Shown here piece by piece: positions 52,478 to 61,001 of a stretch of DNA of 64,000 nucleotides. This stretch comes from an uncultured Bacilli bacterium. Lineage in GTDB: Bacteria; Bacillota_I; Bacilli_A; RF39; UBA660. The notes below the pieces were generated by a model. It was not told the DNA's origin. It saw only the letters and a list, made by a program, of their open reading frames with translations, and ran no database searches. Positions within the stretch are counted from its first letter, which is position 1. Every line of letters starts with the position of its first letter. The position numbers and the translations under genes are program-made. Location: assembly GCA_944358255.1 (NCBI GenBank), contig CALVQQ010000001.1, positions 3,295 to 67,294 of the forward strand, read 5' to 3'.

Positions 52478-52533
52478 CCTTATTTTATAAGCTATTTACC
52501 ACAGCAATTCTTATACTTTTTCCCTGAGCCACA
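52478..52533. repeat. secA 3' terminus copy (att site at the intact gene)
   Basis: Partner of 47387-47440; spans the secA stop codon at 52492-52494. Confidence 0.7.
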
Positions 52534-54984
52534 AGGACATGGTTCATTTCTGCCAATTTTTTTTGATACTCTTTTAGGAGCTTTTTTTGTTTCTTCTTTT
52601 GTATCATTGGTTTTTATATTTTTGTTTTCATGTCTCTCTAGGTTTTGACGTACTTCAGCTTTTAATAAAAAGGTAGTAATTTCTCTATTAATTTGAGCTA
52701 ACATGTTATCAAATAATTCAAATCCTTCTAAAGCATATGCTTGTAATGGATTAGTTTGAGCATAACCTCTTAATCCAATTCCCTCTTTTAAATGTTCCAT
52801 TGCGTCTAATTGATCCATCCAGTTTTTATCGAGTATTCTTAAAGTTATTGCTTTTTCAAAATCATTTTGTATTTCTACTGGAATATCTTTTAATTTTTCT
52901 TCATAATCTTTAACTACTATTTTGTATATATAGTCAATTATTTCATCAACTGTCTTACTTTCTAATTCCTTTTTATTTAATTTTTTGCTCTTTAATAAAT
53001 TAGCATTAAATCTCTCGATTATATTATCAATATCATTTATTGTTAATTTGTCCTCTGGCGGTATGTGACTCTTTACTTCTTGAGAAACGTACTCTTTAAA
53101 TGTTTCTAATATTCTGTCTCGTATGCTTTCTTGATCAAGAATCTCATTTCTTCTTTCATAAATTATTTCTCTTTGTCTACTTATAACATTGTCATAATCC
53201 AATAGGGCTTTTCTTCTATCATAATTGAATCCTTCAACTCTTTTCTGCGCACTTTCTATATTTTTGGATAACATTTTATGAGTAATTGGTTGGTCTTCTT
53301 TTATTCCAAATGTTGTCATTATTGCCTTCATTCTATCTGACCCAAACCTTGCCATTAAATCATCTTCCATTGATATATAAAATCTTGTTATACCAGGGTC
53401 TCCTTGTCTGCCACTTCTTCCTCTTAATTGGTTATCAATTCTTCTTGAATCATGTCTTTCAGAACCAAGTACCATTAAACCGCCTAATTCTTTTACACCT
53501 TCTCCAAGTTTTATGTCTGTTCCACGACCGGCCATATTAGTTGCAATCGTAACAGCTCCTTTTTGCCCAGCGTTTTTAATGATTTCTGCTTCTCTTTCAT
53601 GATTTTTAGCATTTAATAATTCGTGCTTTATTCCTCTCTTTTTTAATAGTGAACTTAATAATTCTGAACTTTCAATTGAAGCTGTACCCACCAAAATTGG
53701 TTGGCCTGTTTTATGCACGGTTTCAATAGTATTTGCTAATGCATTGTATTTACCTTTTATATTTATATATACTAAATCGTTCATGTCTTCTCTGATAACA
53801 GGCTTGTTTGTTGGAATTTCAATTACGTACATATTATATATATTTCTAAACTCTTCTTCTTCAGTCTTGGCTGTTCCTGTCATACCAGATAGTTTATTGT
53901 ACATTCTAAATAAATTTTGGAAAGTTATTGTTGCCAGTGTTTTTGTTTCACTATTTATTGTTACTCCCTCTTTTGCTTCTAAAGCTTGATGCAATCCATC
54001 TGAATATTGTCTTCCATGCATTAATCTGCCTGTAAATGCGTCTACTATTATAATTTTATCGTTGTCTACAACATAGTCGACATCTTTTTTAAATGCATAA
54101 TTTGCTGTTAATGCTTTATCTAAATTGTGTACTAACATTGCATTATTAATATCATATAGATTATCTACTTTTAAAAGTTTTTCTGATTTTTTAACTCCTT
54201 CTTCAGTTAATGTTACTTTCTTTGTCTTCTCATCTATTACATAATCATCTAATGTAAGACTTTTTGCAGCTTTATCTGCTAATATATATAAGTCCGCACT
54301 TTTACTTACGCCACCTGAGATGATTAGTGGAGTTCTCGCTTCGTCTATTAATATTGAATCGACCTCGTCAATAATTGCAAAATTCAAGCCCCTTTGGACT
54401 CTATTCTCACTTCTTACAACCATATTATCTCTAAGATAGTCAAATCCAAGTTCATTATTCGTAGTATATGTAATATCTTGATCATATGCTTGTTTCTTTT
54501 CTTGCGGCGTTAGTTCTTTTTTATTTATTCCTACGGTCACACCTAATAATTCATAAATTTTTCCCATCCACTCAGCATCACGGCAAGTTAAATATTCATT
54601 TACCGTAATAATGTGGACGCCTTTACCTTCTAGTGCGTTTAAATAAGCCGGCATTGTAGATGTTAATGTTTTTCCTTCACCAGTTTTCATTTCGGCTATA
54701 TTGCCAAAATGTATTGCTAGTCCTCCGATTATTTGAACTTTAAATGGCTTTTCTTTTAATACCCTCCATGATGCTTCTCTAACTAGTGCAAATGCTTCAA
54801 CTATTAAGTCATCTAAAGTTTCCCCATTAGATAGTCTCTTTTTAAATTCTTCTGTCTTTTCTCTAAAATCTGTGTCTTTTAATTTAGACATTTCTTCTTC
54901 TTTTTCTATTATTTCATCTGCTAATTTTTCAAATTTTTTTAGTTCTCTATTTTCATGATTAAATATGTTACTTAAAAATCCCAT
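52492..54984 (-). CDS. secA: preprotein translocase ATPase SecA
   Basis: 830 aa with DEAD-like motor domains and C-terminal zinc finger CPCGSGKKYKNCCGK. Confidence 0.93.
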   Translation of the reverse strand: MGFLSNIFNHENRELKKFEKLADEIIEKEEEMSKLKDTDFREKTEEFKKRLSNGETLDDLIVEAFALVREASWRVLKEKPFKVQIIGGLAIHFGNIAEMKTGEGKTLTSTMPAYLNALEGKGVHIITVNEYLTCRDAEWMGKIYELLGVTVGINKKELTPQEKKQAYDQDITYTTNNELGFDYLRDNMVVRSENRVQRGLNFAIIDEVDSILIDEARTPLIISGGVSKSADLYILADKAAKSLTLDDYVIDEKTKKVTLTEEGVKKSEKLLKVDNLYDINNAMLVHNLDKALTANYAFKKDVDYVVDNDKIIIVDAFTGRLMHGRQYSDGLHQALEAKEGVTINSETKTLATITFQNLFRMYNKLSGMTGTAKTEEEEFRNIYNMYVIEIPTNKPVIREDMNDLVYINIKGKYNALANTIETVHKTGQPILVGTASIESSELLSSLLKKRGIKHELLNAKNHEREAEIIKNAGQKGAVTIATNMAGRGTDIKLGEGVKELGGLMVLGSERHDSRRIDNQLRGRSGRQGDPGITRFYISMEDDLMARFGSDRMKAIMTTFGIKEDQPITHKMLSKNIESAQKRVEGFNYDRRKALLDYDNVISRQREIIYERRNEILDQESIRDRILETFKEYVSQEVKSHIPPEDKLTINDIDNIIERFNANLLKSKKLNKKELESKTVDEIIDYIYKIVVKDYEEKLKDIPVEIQNDFEKAITLRILDKNWMDQLDAMEHLKEGIGLRGYAQTNPLQAYALEGFELFDNMLAQINREITTFLLKAEVRQNLERHENKNIKTNDTKEETKKAPKRVSKKIGRNEPCPCGSGKKYKNCCGK

Positions 54985-55025
54985 GTCATCACATCCTTAA
55001 TGTTTATTTTAACATATTACTTGAT

Positions 55026-55050
55026 TTAAAAAAAGCACTTTTCAGTGCTA
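55026..55050 (-). terminator. rho-independent terminator downstream of hpf
   Basis: AGCACT-gaaa-AGTGCT stem (on the minus strand) overlapping the stop, followed by a U-run. Confidence 0.55.
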
Positions 55051-55566
55051 GTTCGTTTCAATTAGACCGTAGTTTCCGTCATGCCTTTTATAAATGACAC
55101 ATATTGTATCTGTTTCTATATTCTTAAATACAAAGAATGTATGCCCTAATAATTCCATTTGCATGATAGCTTCTTCTTCATCCATTGGTTTCAAATATAT
55201 TTTTTTTCTTTTTACAATTTCTTCTTCTATTGTTTCGTCTATATCAAAATTGTCTTTTATATTTTCTTGTCTAGATTTATCTATTAATTTTGTCTTATAT
55301 TTTCTAAATTGCCTTTCTAATTTATCTATTATTAAGTCAATTGCAGCATATAAATCACTATGTGCTTCTTCTGCTCTTAAAAAATAACCTTTTGTCTGTA
55401 TAGTAACTTCTACTCTTTGCTCTACACCATTAACTTTTATCAAAATTTTTGCTTCAACGTTTTCTGGATTATCTAAGTATTTATCCATCTTTGATAGTTT
55501 TTCTTCTATGTAGTCTTTTATTGAATCTGTTACTTGAATTTTTTCTCCACGAATTAAATATCTCAT
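55048..55566 (-). CDS. hpf: ribosome hibernation promoting factor (long form)
   Basis: 172 aa MRYLIRGEKIQVTDSIKDYIEEKLSKMDKYL… Conserved position upstream of secA. Confidence 0.85.
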   Translation of the reverse strand: MRYLIRGEKIQVTDSIKDYIEEKLSKMDKYLDNPENVEAKILIKVNGVEQRVEVTIQTKGYFLRAEEAHSDLYAAIDLIIDKLERQFRKYKTKLIDKSRQENIKDNFDIDETIEEEIVKRKKIYLKPMDEEEAIMQMELLGHTFFVFKNIETDTICVIYKRHDGNYGLIETN

Positions 55567-55601
55567 AATAATACCTCCTAATATAATATTATCACATCAG
55601 A

Positions 55602-55628
55602 TAAAAAAAAACTACTATACAGTAGTTA
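55602..55628 (-). terminator. rho-independent terminator downstream of the cold-shock gene
   Basis: AACTACT / AGTAGTT stem followed on the minus strand by a U-run. Confidence 0.5.
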
Positions 55629-55836
55629 ATTTGACTTCTTTTACATTAATTGCTTGTCTACCTTTTGCTGTTTTGATTAATGTAAATTCAACTATGTCGC
55701 CTTCTTTTAATGACTTATAGCCCTCACACTCAATAGCAGAATAATGCACGAATACATCTTCATTTAATGCTTCTCCTGTTTCAATAAATCCATATCCCTT
55801 TTCATTATTGAACCATTTAACTCTGCCCTTGTTCAT
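55615..55836 (-). CDS. cold-shock protein (CspA family)
   Basis: [35 protein letters not shown]… with RNP1/RNP2 motifs. ATG with SD AAGAGGTGG; the track ORF begins at an upstream GTG. Confidence 0.88.
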   Translation of the reverse strand: MNKGRVKWFNNEKGYGFIETGEALNEDVFVHYSAIECEGYKSLKEGDIVEFTLIKTAKGRQAINVKEVKLTTV

Positions 55837-55967
55837 ACTATCCACCTCTTTTCATATAAGCCTATCTTAAACTACCACTAAAAACATATCAAGATTTTCC
55901 GATCGTCAAAATCCGACATTTATACCGCAATTTTATTTTAATATATTTGTATTATATTATTTTTAAT

Positions 55968-55997
55968 TTAGTTTCTTTTTGTAATTTTTTAGTCTGT
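55968..55997 (+). promoter_or_regulatory. candidate LytTR (AgrA-type) direct-repeat site upstream of agrB
   Basis: TTAGTTTCT (55968-55976) and TTAGTCTGT (55989-55997) are 9 bp direct repeats at 21 bp periodicity (9 bp plus 12 bp spacer), about 125 nt upstream of agrB. Confidence 0.3.
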
Positions 55998-56118
55998 ATT
56001 TCATTTTTATTTTTTTTTATAAGATTTTTGTCGTTTTATACACTTTTTTTATTTTGTTATGCTTTTTTCACTCTCCAATTTAAAAATCTTGTTATATTAT
56101 TTTACGTAAGGAGGAATT

Positions 56119-56721
56119 GTGAAAGATGTATTTGTAAATTCTTTAATGTATAGTGTTAATAAATATAAAGATTTTGATGATGTAAAACTGAAAGAAATTA
56201 AATATGGGATTGAATCTTTGTATTTGGCCGTATCAAAGACTATTGTGATTTTTTCTTTGGCTTTGTTACTGGGTTTATTTAAAAGCTTGTTGCATTTAAT
56301 GATAGCTTATACACTTTTACGATTAAATGGTTTTGGATTGCATGCAAAAAAAAGTTGGCAATGTTGGGCCGGATCTATTTTTCTGTTTTTACCAATAGCC
56401 TATTTATGTTCGACTATTTATATTGAAAAGGAAATACAATTGATTTTGTCTAGTTTTTGTTTAGTTCTAATAGGAAAGTACGCGCCAGCTGATACAGAAA
56501 AAAGACCACTGATTAATATGTCAAAGCGTAGATTGCACAAAATTTTATGTGTTATTACAACTTTGATGTATATCATAGTTATAGCCAGCTTAAAAAATAA
56601 TTATTATTGTAACATCTTGTTCTCGGCAATAGTTATTCAGACAATGTTAGTTTTACCAATTAGTTATAAAATATTTAAGTTAAGATATAACAATTATAAA
56701 TCATATATTAAACAAAATTAG
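56119..56721 (+). CDS. agrB: AgrB-family membrane peptidase (autoinducing-peptide maturation)
   Basis: 200 aa. …LRLNGFGLHAKKSWQCWAGSIFLFLPIAYL… and …GKYAPADTEKRPLINMSKRRLHKI… align with AgrB catalytic His/Cys regions and the YAPA…K(K/R)P motif. GTG start with SD GGAGGA. Confidence 0.7.
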   Translation: MKDVFVNSLMYSVNKYKDFDDVKLKEIKYGIESLYLAVSKTIVIFSLALLLGLFKSLLHLMIAYTLLRLNGFGLHAKKSWQCWAGSIFLFLPIAYLCSTIYIEKEIQLILSSFCLVLIGKYAPADTEKRPLINMSKRRLHKILCVITTLMYIIVIASLKNNYYCNILFSAIVIQTMLVLPISYKIFKLRYNNYKSYIKQN

Positions 56722-56760
56722 TAATTAACTTAAATATTTTTATAAAAGAAAAGGAGGTAT

Positions 56761-56883
56761 ATGATGAGAGTTTTTGCAAGCATAGTTTCAGCTTTAGGTA
56801 CTTTTTTTGCTCTAACAACTAGTGGTGCTTCTTGGCTTGGTTGGTTTGATGAAGCTGAAATGCCTGAAAGTTTAATTAAATAA
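56761..56883 (+). CDS. agrD: AgrD-like autoinducing peptide precursor (40 aa, no cysteine)
   Basis: Not in the ORF track (<60 aa). SD AAAGGAGGT then MMRVFASIVSALGTFFALTTSGASWLGWFDEAEMPESLIK: amphipathic N-terminal helix, hydrophobic core SWLGWF and acidic recognition tail DEAEMPESL. Lies 40 nt after agrB. Confidence 0.55.
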   Translation: MMRVFASIVSALGTFFALTTSGASWLGWFDEAEMPESLIK

Positions 56884-56904
56884 TATTTAACGTATTATTA
56901 GTTG

Positions 56905-56935
56905 AAATGGCCATAAAAATGGCCATTTTTATTGT
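56905..56935 (+). terminator. rho-independent terminator after agrBD
   Basis: AAATGGCCAT-aaaa-ATGGCCATTT 10 bp stem followed by a T-run. Confidence 0.7.
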
Positions 56936-56979
56936 ACTTGATTAGTGGATTTGATAAATAATTAAAAAAATAAGATGTT

Positions 56980-58293
56980 TTACGTATGGTTATTTCTTAT
57001 TTTTAATTTTGTTACAAAATTTTTACTTTTGTTTATATATTGTTCATACTCAATTGTTGTAGAGGATCTTTTTAATTTCTGTGCTATAAATAACCCTATC
57101 CCTCTATTTTTCCCTTTTGTAGAATAATATTTTTCGTTAATGAGATTAATATTTACCTTATTACTAAAACTATTTTCTATATAAAAAACAATAAAATTAT
57201 TTTCCATGTAAATATCTAATATGATCATCTTTTGATCGCTTTTATTTGCAGCTTCTATTGCATTATCTAAGAAAATATTTAACAATCTACATAATTTAGA
57301 ATAATCTTTGGTGTTTCTTTCGTTAAGTAGATTATTTAAATTTTTTATACAATTAAATGTAAAATTTATATTATTTTTTTCGATAATGTTTATTTTGTAA
57401 TATAATATTCCTTTTATACCTGCAGGTAAATAGCCTATATTCCTGTATTCTGTTTTATAAGATGTAGAATAGTTATTTATCAGTTCTTTTAAAAGTTTCT
57501 TAAATTCTATACTATTTTTGTCCTCATAACTATTTAATAGGACTAGATTATTTAGCATTTCGTGTTTGTTAATTCTATATTTATCAATCAAGAATTCATA
57601 TTTCTTCATGTATTCTAAAATTATTTTTTGATTTTCTTCTACGTCTATAATTTTGTTTTTATATTTTATTAATATAGTCATGCAACTTAAAATGATAATA
57701 CTAGAGACTAAATTGTTATAGTAATTTTTGATATTTATGTTAATTGTATAGATTATTATTATATATATTATAAACAAATAAAAAATGATTAGTAAGATTC
57801 TAACTATTACAGCTTGCTTATCTATAATTAAATATAAAATTTTATTTAAAAACTTTTTTGTGCTTTTTATGGATAATGTCAATATTAAATTTAAAACGAC
57901 TAATATTGAAAACAAGTTTCTTATGACTAATGAGTTTATGCTAGTTATAATGTAACTATTAGAATTAACAATCAAAAATATAAATGAATATACCAATTCA
58001 AATAATATTTCTACACTATATAGTAATAAAACTGTTATAAATATATTTTTAAAATTATCTCTATAAATTGTTGTTATAAAAACGACATTTAAAAATAAAT
58101 TTATAAATATTTTATACTCATTAAATTCAGATAAGCCAATATATATTTGTATTAATGAAAATAGTAATATTAATAATATATGATTTAATTCAATTTTTTC
58201 TTTTTGTCTTTTTGTTAATATTTTATAACCATAATATATTGCAAATACGCCAAAGCAAACACATAAATATGCAAATATATAGTTAATATCCAT
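56980..58293 (-). CDS. agrC: AgrC-like (HPK10) sensor histidine kinase
   Basis: Six or more N-terminal TM helices. H-box …RINKHEML…, N-box …LLNIFLDNAIEA…, G-box …STKGKNRGIGL…. Confidence 0.75.
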   Translation of the reverse strand: MDINYIFAYLCVCFGVFAIYYGYKILTKRQKEKIELNHILLILLFSLIQIYIGLSEFNEYKIFINLFLNVVFITTIYRDNFKNIFITVLLLYSVEILFELVYSFIFLIVNSNSYIITSINSLVIRNLFSILVVLNLILTLSIKSTKKFLNKILYLIIDKQAVIVRILLIIFYLFIIYIIIIYTININIKNYYNNLVSSIIILSCMTILIKYKNKIIDVEENQKIILEYMKKYEFLIDKYRINKHEMLNNLVLLNSYEDKNSIEFKKLLKELINNYSTSYKTEYRNIGYLPAGIKGILYYKINIIEKNNINFTFNCIKNLNNLLNERNTKDYSKLCRLLNIFLDNAIEAANKSDQKMIILDIYMENNFIVFYIENSFSNKVNINLINEKYYSTKGKNRGIGLFIAQKLKRSSTTIEYEQYINKSKNFVTKLKIRNNHT

Positions 58294-58999
58294 TTGCCAT
58301 TAGTTCCTTTTTGTGAGTTTTAGATAAAAAATATATCTCTTCACCTGTTTCAAATATTATCTTATTATCTTTCCATACAAAAGCTTCGACTTTATCTAAA
58401 TTAACCAAGCAAGCTTTATGCGTAAATTTAAATCTACCGTCTAATTTTTGTGCTAAATCGGATATGTTCATTATAACTTTATATTTTTTGTCATTTATAG
58501 TATTTATAATGCATTTTCTCTCAACAGTATCTCTATAAATATATAGTATTTTGTTTATATCAATGTTATAATCAATGCCTTTATATTTAAACTTTAATGT
58601 TTTTCTACTAGCAATTTGTTTTAAACATATATCAAATAGTTCAAATAAATTTTTCTCTGCTTCATACTGTTTGTTAACAAAGTCTAATATTTGTAATCTT
58701 TGCTTAAAAGTATCATATGCCATGCCACCATTTACAGTAAATATTATAATTGGGCTTGTCCAATCTGTTTCACGAACTTTTCTTGACAGATCTATTGCAT
58801 TTGTATTTGGTAGTTCAAAATCAAATATATAAATATTGTTATTTTCTGATGTTGAAATTAAAATATCTAGCTCTTGCGTTCTTTTTTCAAATTCAATTAT
58901 GTCAAACTCCATTTTGTTTTTCATCATATAATTTAATATTATATTTTTTATTTTCTTTCGATGAATTTTATTATCTTCGACAACCACAAAATTTATCAT
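58283..58999 (-). CDS. agrA: AgrA-like LytTR-family response regulator
   Basis: N-terminal receiver (VVVEDN…) and C-terminal LytTR domain (…KYKVIMNISDLAQKLDGRFKFTHKACLVNLDKVE…). Confidence 0.8.
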   Translation of the reverse strand: MINFVVVEDNKIHRKKIKNIILNYMMKNKMEFDIIEFEKRTQELDILISTSENNNIYIFDFELPNTNAIDLSRKVRETDWTSPIIIFTVNGGMAYDTFKQRLQILDFVNKQYEAEKNLFELFDICLKQIASRKTLKFKYKGIDYNIDINKILYIYRDTVERKCIINTINDKKYKVIMNISDLAQKLDGRFKFTHKACLVNLDKVEAFVWKDNKIIFETGEEIYFLSKTHKKELMANGY

Positions 59000-59087
59000 T
59001 TATATCCCCTTTACCTTAATTTTACGGTATATAATATAACATATTTTTATTTAAAAATAAAGGATTTATGATACCATTTAAACATAA

Positions 59088-59360
59088 TCAAGTATGTGAC
59101 TTTTTCAAACTTAAATATTTTTTTCTTGTAGATTCTCCACCTCTAATATGTCTTAAATAAATATGTTTTTTTAGAATTTTATCTACTGATAAAAATAGGT
59201 CTGCGTCTATATCTTTTAATCTACCTTGTAAGTCTTTGTGAACAGTACTTTTGCTTACATTATATTTTTTGGCAATTTCCCTGATTGTTAATTCTGTCTT
59301 CAATATATATTTTGCTTCGTTTTTTACTCTTTCTTGTATTTCTTTTTTTATTTTAAACAC
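59088..59360 (-). CDS. spoIIID: stage III sporulation transcriptional regulator SpoIIID
   Basis: 90 aa …IREIAKKYNVSKSTVHKDLQGRL…HIYLRHIRGGESTRKKY… matches SpoIIID HTH and the C-terminal basic region. Confidence 0.8.
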   Translation of the reverse strand: MFKIKKEIQERVKNEAKYILKTELTIREIAKKYNVSKSTVHKDLQGRLKDIDADLFLSVDKILKKHIYLRHIRGGESTRKKYLSLKKSHT

Positions 59361-59397
59361 CCCTAGTTAATTTTATTGTTATTAATAAAAAAAAGAC

Positions 59398-60021
59398 CTA
59401 TAGGTCTGCAATGTTTAATGTATAAAAATTTTCTGGATCCATTAGTTCTCCGTTATAATAAACTTCGAAATGCAATGATGTTGTGTAATTGGTATTTATT
59501 TTTGATGTTCCACTTGTCCCAATTATTGTTCCTTGATTAATTGTACTGCCTTCTTTTAAATCAATATTGTCAATTCCCTGATATACTGTTATTAAATTTT
59601 TGTCATGTTTTAATTTTACAATATTTCCTAGTGTGGGATCAGTTTCCACTGATATTACTTCTCCGTCTAATACTGCCACAACATCAAAGACTGTGTCACT
59701 TACGTAATCTACGCCTGAGTTTTGCATATATGTGTTTTCATAAAATATTATGCTATTTTGTTGTCTTTCTTCATCTGCTTCAAAGTCATAAAAATATTTT
59801 CCTACTTTAACATCCTCGGATAGAAATGGCTTGATTATAGTTGTTTGCGTTTCAACTACCGGTACGATGTTTTCAAATTGTGCATCTACAGCATAATTAT
59901 AATCTTTTGGTATCGTTAAGTATTTGTTAATACTTGATATAACTAATAAAATGCTTGCTACTATTAAAACCACTGCAGATATGTAGATTGATGGTATTAT
60001 CATTTTCTTTGCTTTAATCAT
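59398..60021 (-). CDS. spoIIQ: membrane-anchored degenerate LytM (M23) domain protein, SpoIIQ-like
   Basis: N-terminal TM. M23-like domain lacks the full HxH (…TSLHFEVYYNG…). Gene order spoIID, M23, spoIIID matches clostridial spoIIQ loci. Confidence 0.5.
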   Translation of the reverse strand: MIKAKKMIIPSIYISAVVLIVASILLVISSINKYLTIPKDYNYAVDAQFENIVPVVETQTTIIKPFLSEDVKVGKYFYDFEADEERQQNSIIFYENTYMQNSGVDYVSDTVFDVVAVLDGEVISVETDPTLGNIVKLKHDKNLITVYQGIDNIDLKEGSTINQGTIIGTSGTSKINTNYTTSLHFEVYYNGELMDPENFYTLNIADL

Positions 60022-60072
60022 TGTTTCACTCTCCTACTTATAAGTGTGAACAATTTTTTGTTATTTATGCAT

Positions 60073-60987
60073 TTATTTTATTAGTTCTATTCCTGTATAG
60101 TAATGTTTTAATATTTCTTCGTAGTTATAGCCAAGTTTTGCTAGTTCATTAGATCCATATTGGCTCATTCCTACTCCGTGTCCGTATCCTTTTGTAGTAA
60201 TTTTTACTGTGTATTCGTTGATTGTAATTTCAAAATCTGTAGATCTTAAATTGAGTAGTGTTCTTATTTCTGTTCCTTTAAATTTACGGTCATTAATTGT
60301 TATTTCATCAATTCTATTTGTTTCATTTTTGATAATATTGGTAATTTTTATTTCTTTTGTTTCTGGTAAATTTAATTTTTTTAAAAAATCACTTTTAGTA
60401 ATTTCTATTGTTTTATTAAATTGAGTGGTATTTTTGTCGTAGTTAGAATCGACACTAACTAAATAATCTAATTTTTCACCAAACACATTTTCTACGTTTT
60501 CTGTTTTTCCATTTGATGTGGAAAAATAAAGCGCTTTTATGATTTCTCCATTATATGTCATATACTCGTCTTTTGTTTCTTTTACTGCTTTTTCAATTTT
60601 ACTCTTATATTCATTATAATTATTTCCCCATTTTTCTTTTAGTTCGTTTTCATCACTATAGCATTGGTCATTTGTTGTTGATGAGATAATGTAATTTTCA
60701 TTATTTTCTAATTTGTTTAACAAATATGTTCTTGCTGCTACAGCTCCCGCTTTTAAAGCTTCTTCTTCAAATAGTGCTGGCATTTCACATCCAACTACTC
60801 CTATTAAATATTCTTCAATATTCATTTCGTATATGTTAGTGTCTTTGTTGACTTTTACTACTTTACTTGTTTCTGTACTTGTATAAATTTTTTCGACTTT
60901 TACTTCACTACCTTTTTGAAAGCACAATAAAATAAGTAGTACTATTATGGTAAAAGAAAAGAATATATATATATGTTTTGATTTCAT
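60073..60987 (-). CDS. spoIID: stage II sporulation protein D (SpoIID lytic transglycosylase)
   Basis: …EEALKAGAVAARTYLL… and C-terminal …GYGHGVGMSQYGSNELAKLGYNYEEILKHYYTG… signature. Confidence 0.85.
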   Translation of the reverse strand: MKSKHIYIFFSFTIIVLLILLCFQKGSEVKVEKIYTSTETSKVVKVNKDTNIYEMNIEEYLIGVVGCEMPALFEEEALKAGAVAARTYLLNKLENNENYIISSTTNDQCYSDENELKEKWGNNYNEYKSKIEKAVKETKDEYMTYNGEIIKALYFSTSNGKTENVENVFGEKLDYLVSVDSNYDKNTTQFNKTIEITKSDFLKKLNLPETKEIKITNIIKNETNRIDEITINDRKFKGTEIRTLLNLRSTDFEITINEYTVKITTKGYGHGVGMSQYGSNELAKLGYNYEEILKHYYTGIELIK

Positions 60988-61001
60988 ATATTTATATATT
61001 C

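Larger units (their letters stand above)
47387..52533. mobile_element. degenerate integrative element(s) inserted at the 3' end of secA, bounded by direct repeats of the secA terminus
   Basis: Flanking imperfect direct repeats. Contains a frameshifted tyrosine integrase, a second integrase N-terminal stub next to secA, a truncated IS21 istB, and cargo (GH3 lipoprotein, membrane ORFs). Confidence 0.65.

Noticed and set aside
52454-52648. 64 aa plus-strand ORF overlapping the secA 3' end
   Set aside because: Antisense to the conserved SecA C-terminus. The same artefact class as 47323..47526.
58976-58982. Second 0A-box-like heptamer (TTCGACA)
   Set aside because: It lies inside the first codons of agrA rather than in a promoter. 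Most likely a chance occurrence of a 7-mer.
59000-59087. Possible terminator or LytTR repeats between spoIIID and agrA
   Set aside because: Only a near-palindrome (ATGATACCAT) with one mismatch and no following U-run. The TTTAAAT-like repeats are not at the 21 bp periodicity expected for LytTR sites.
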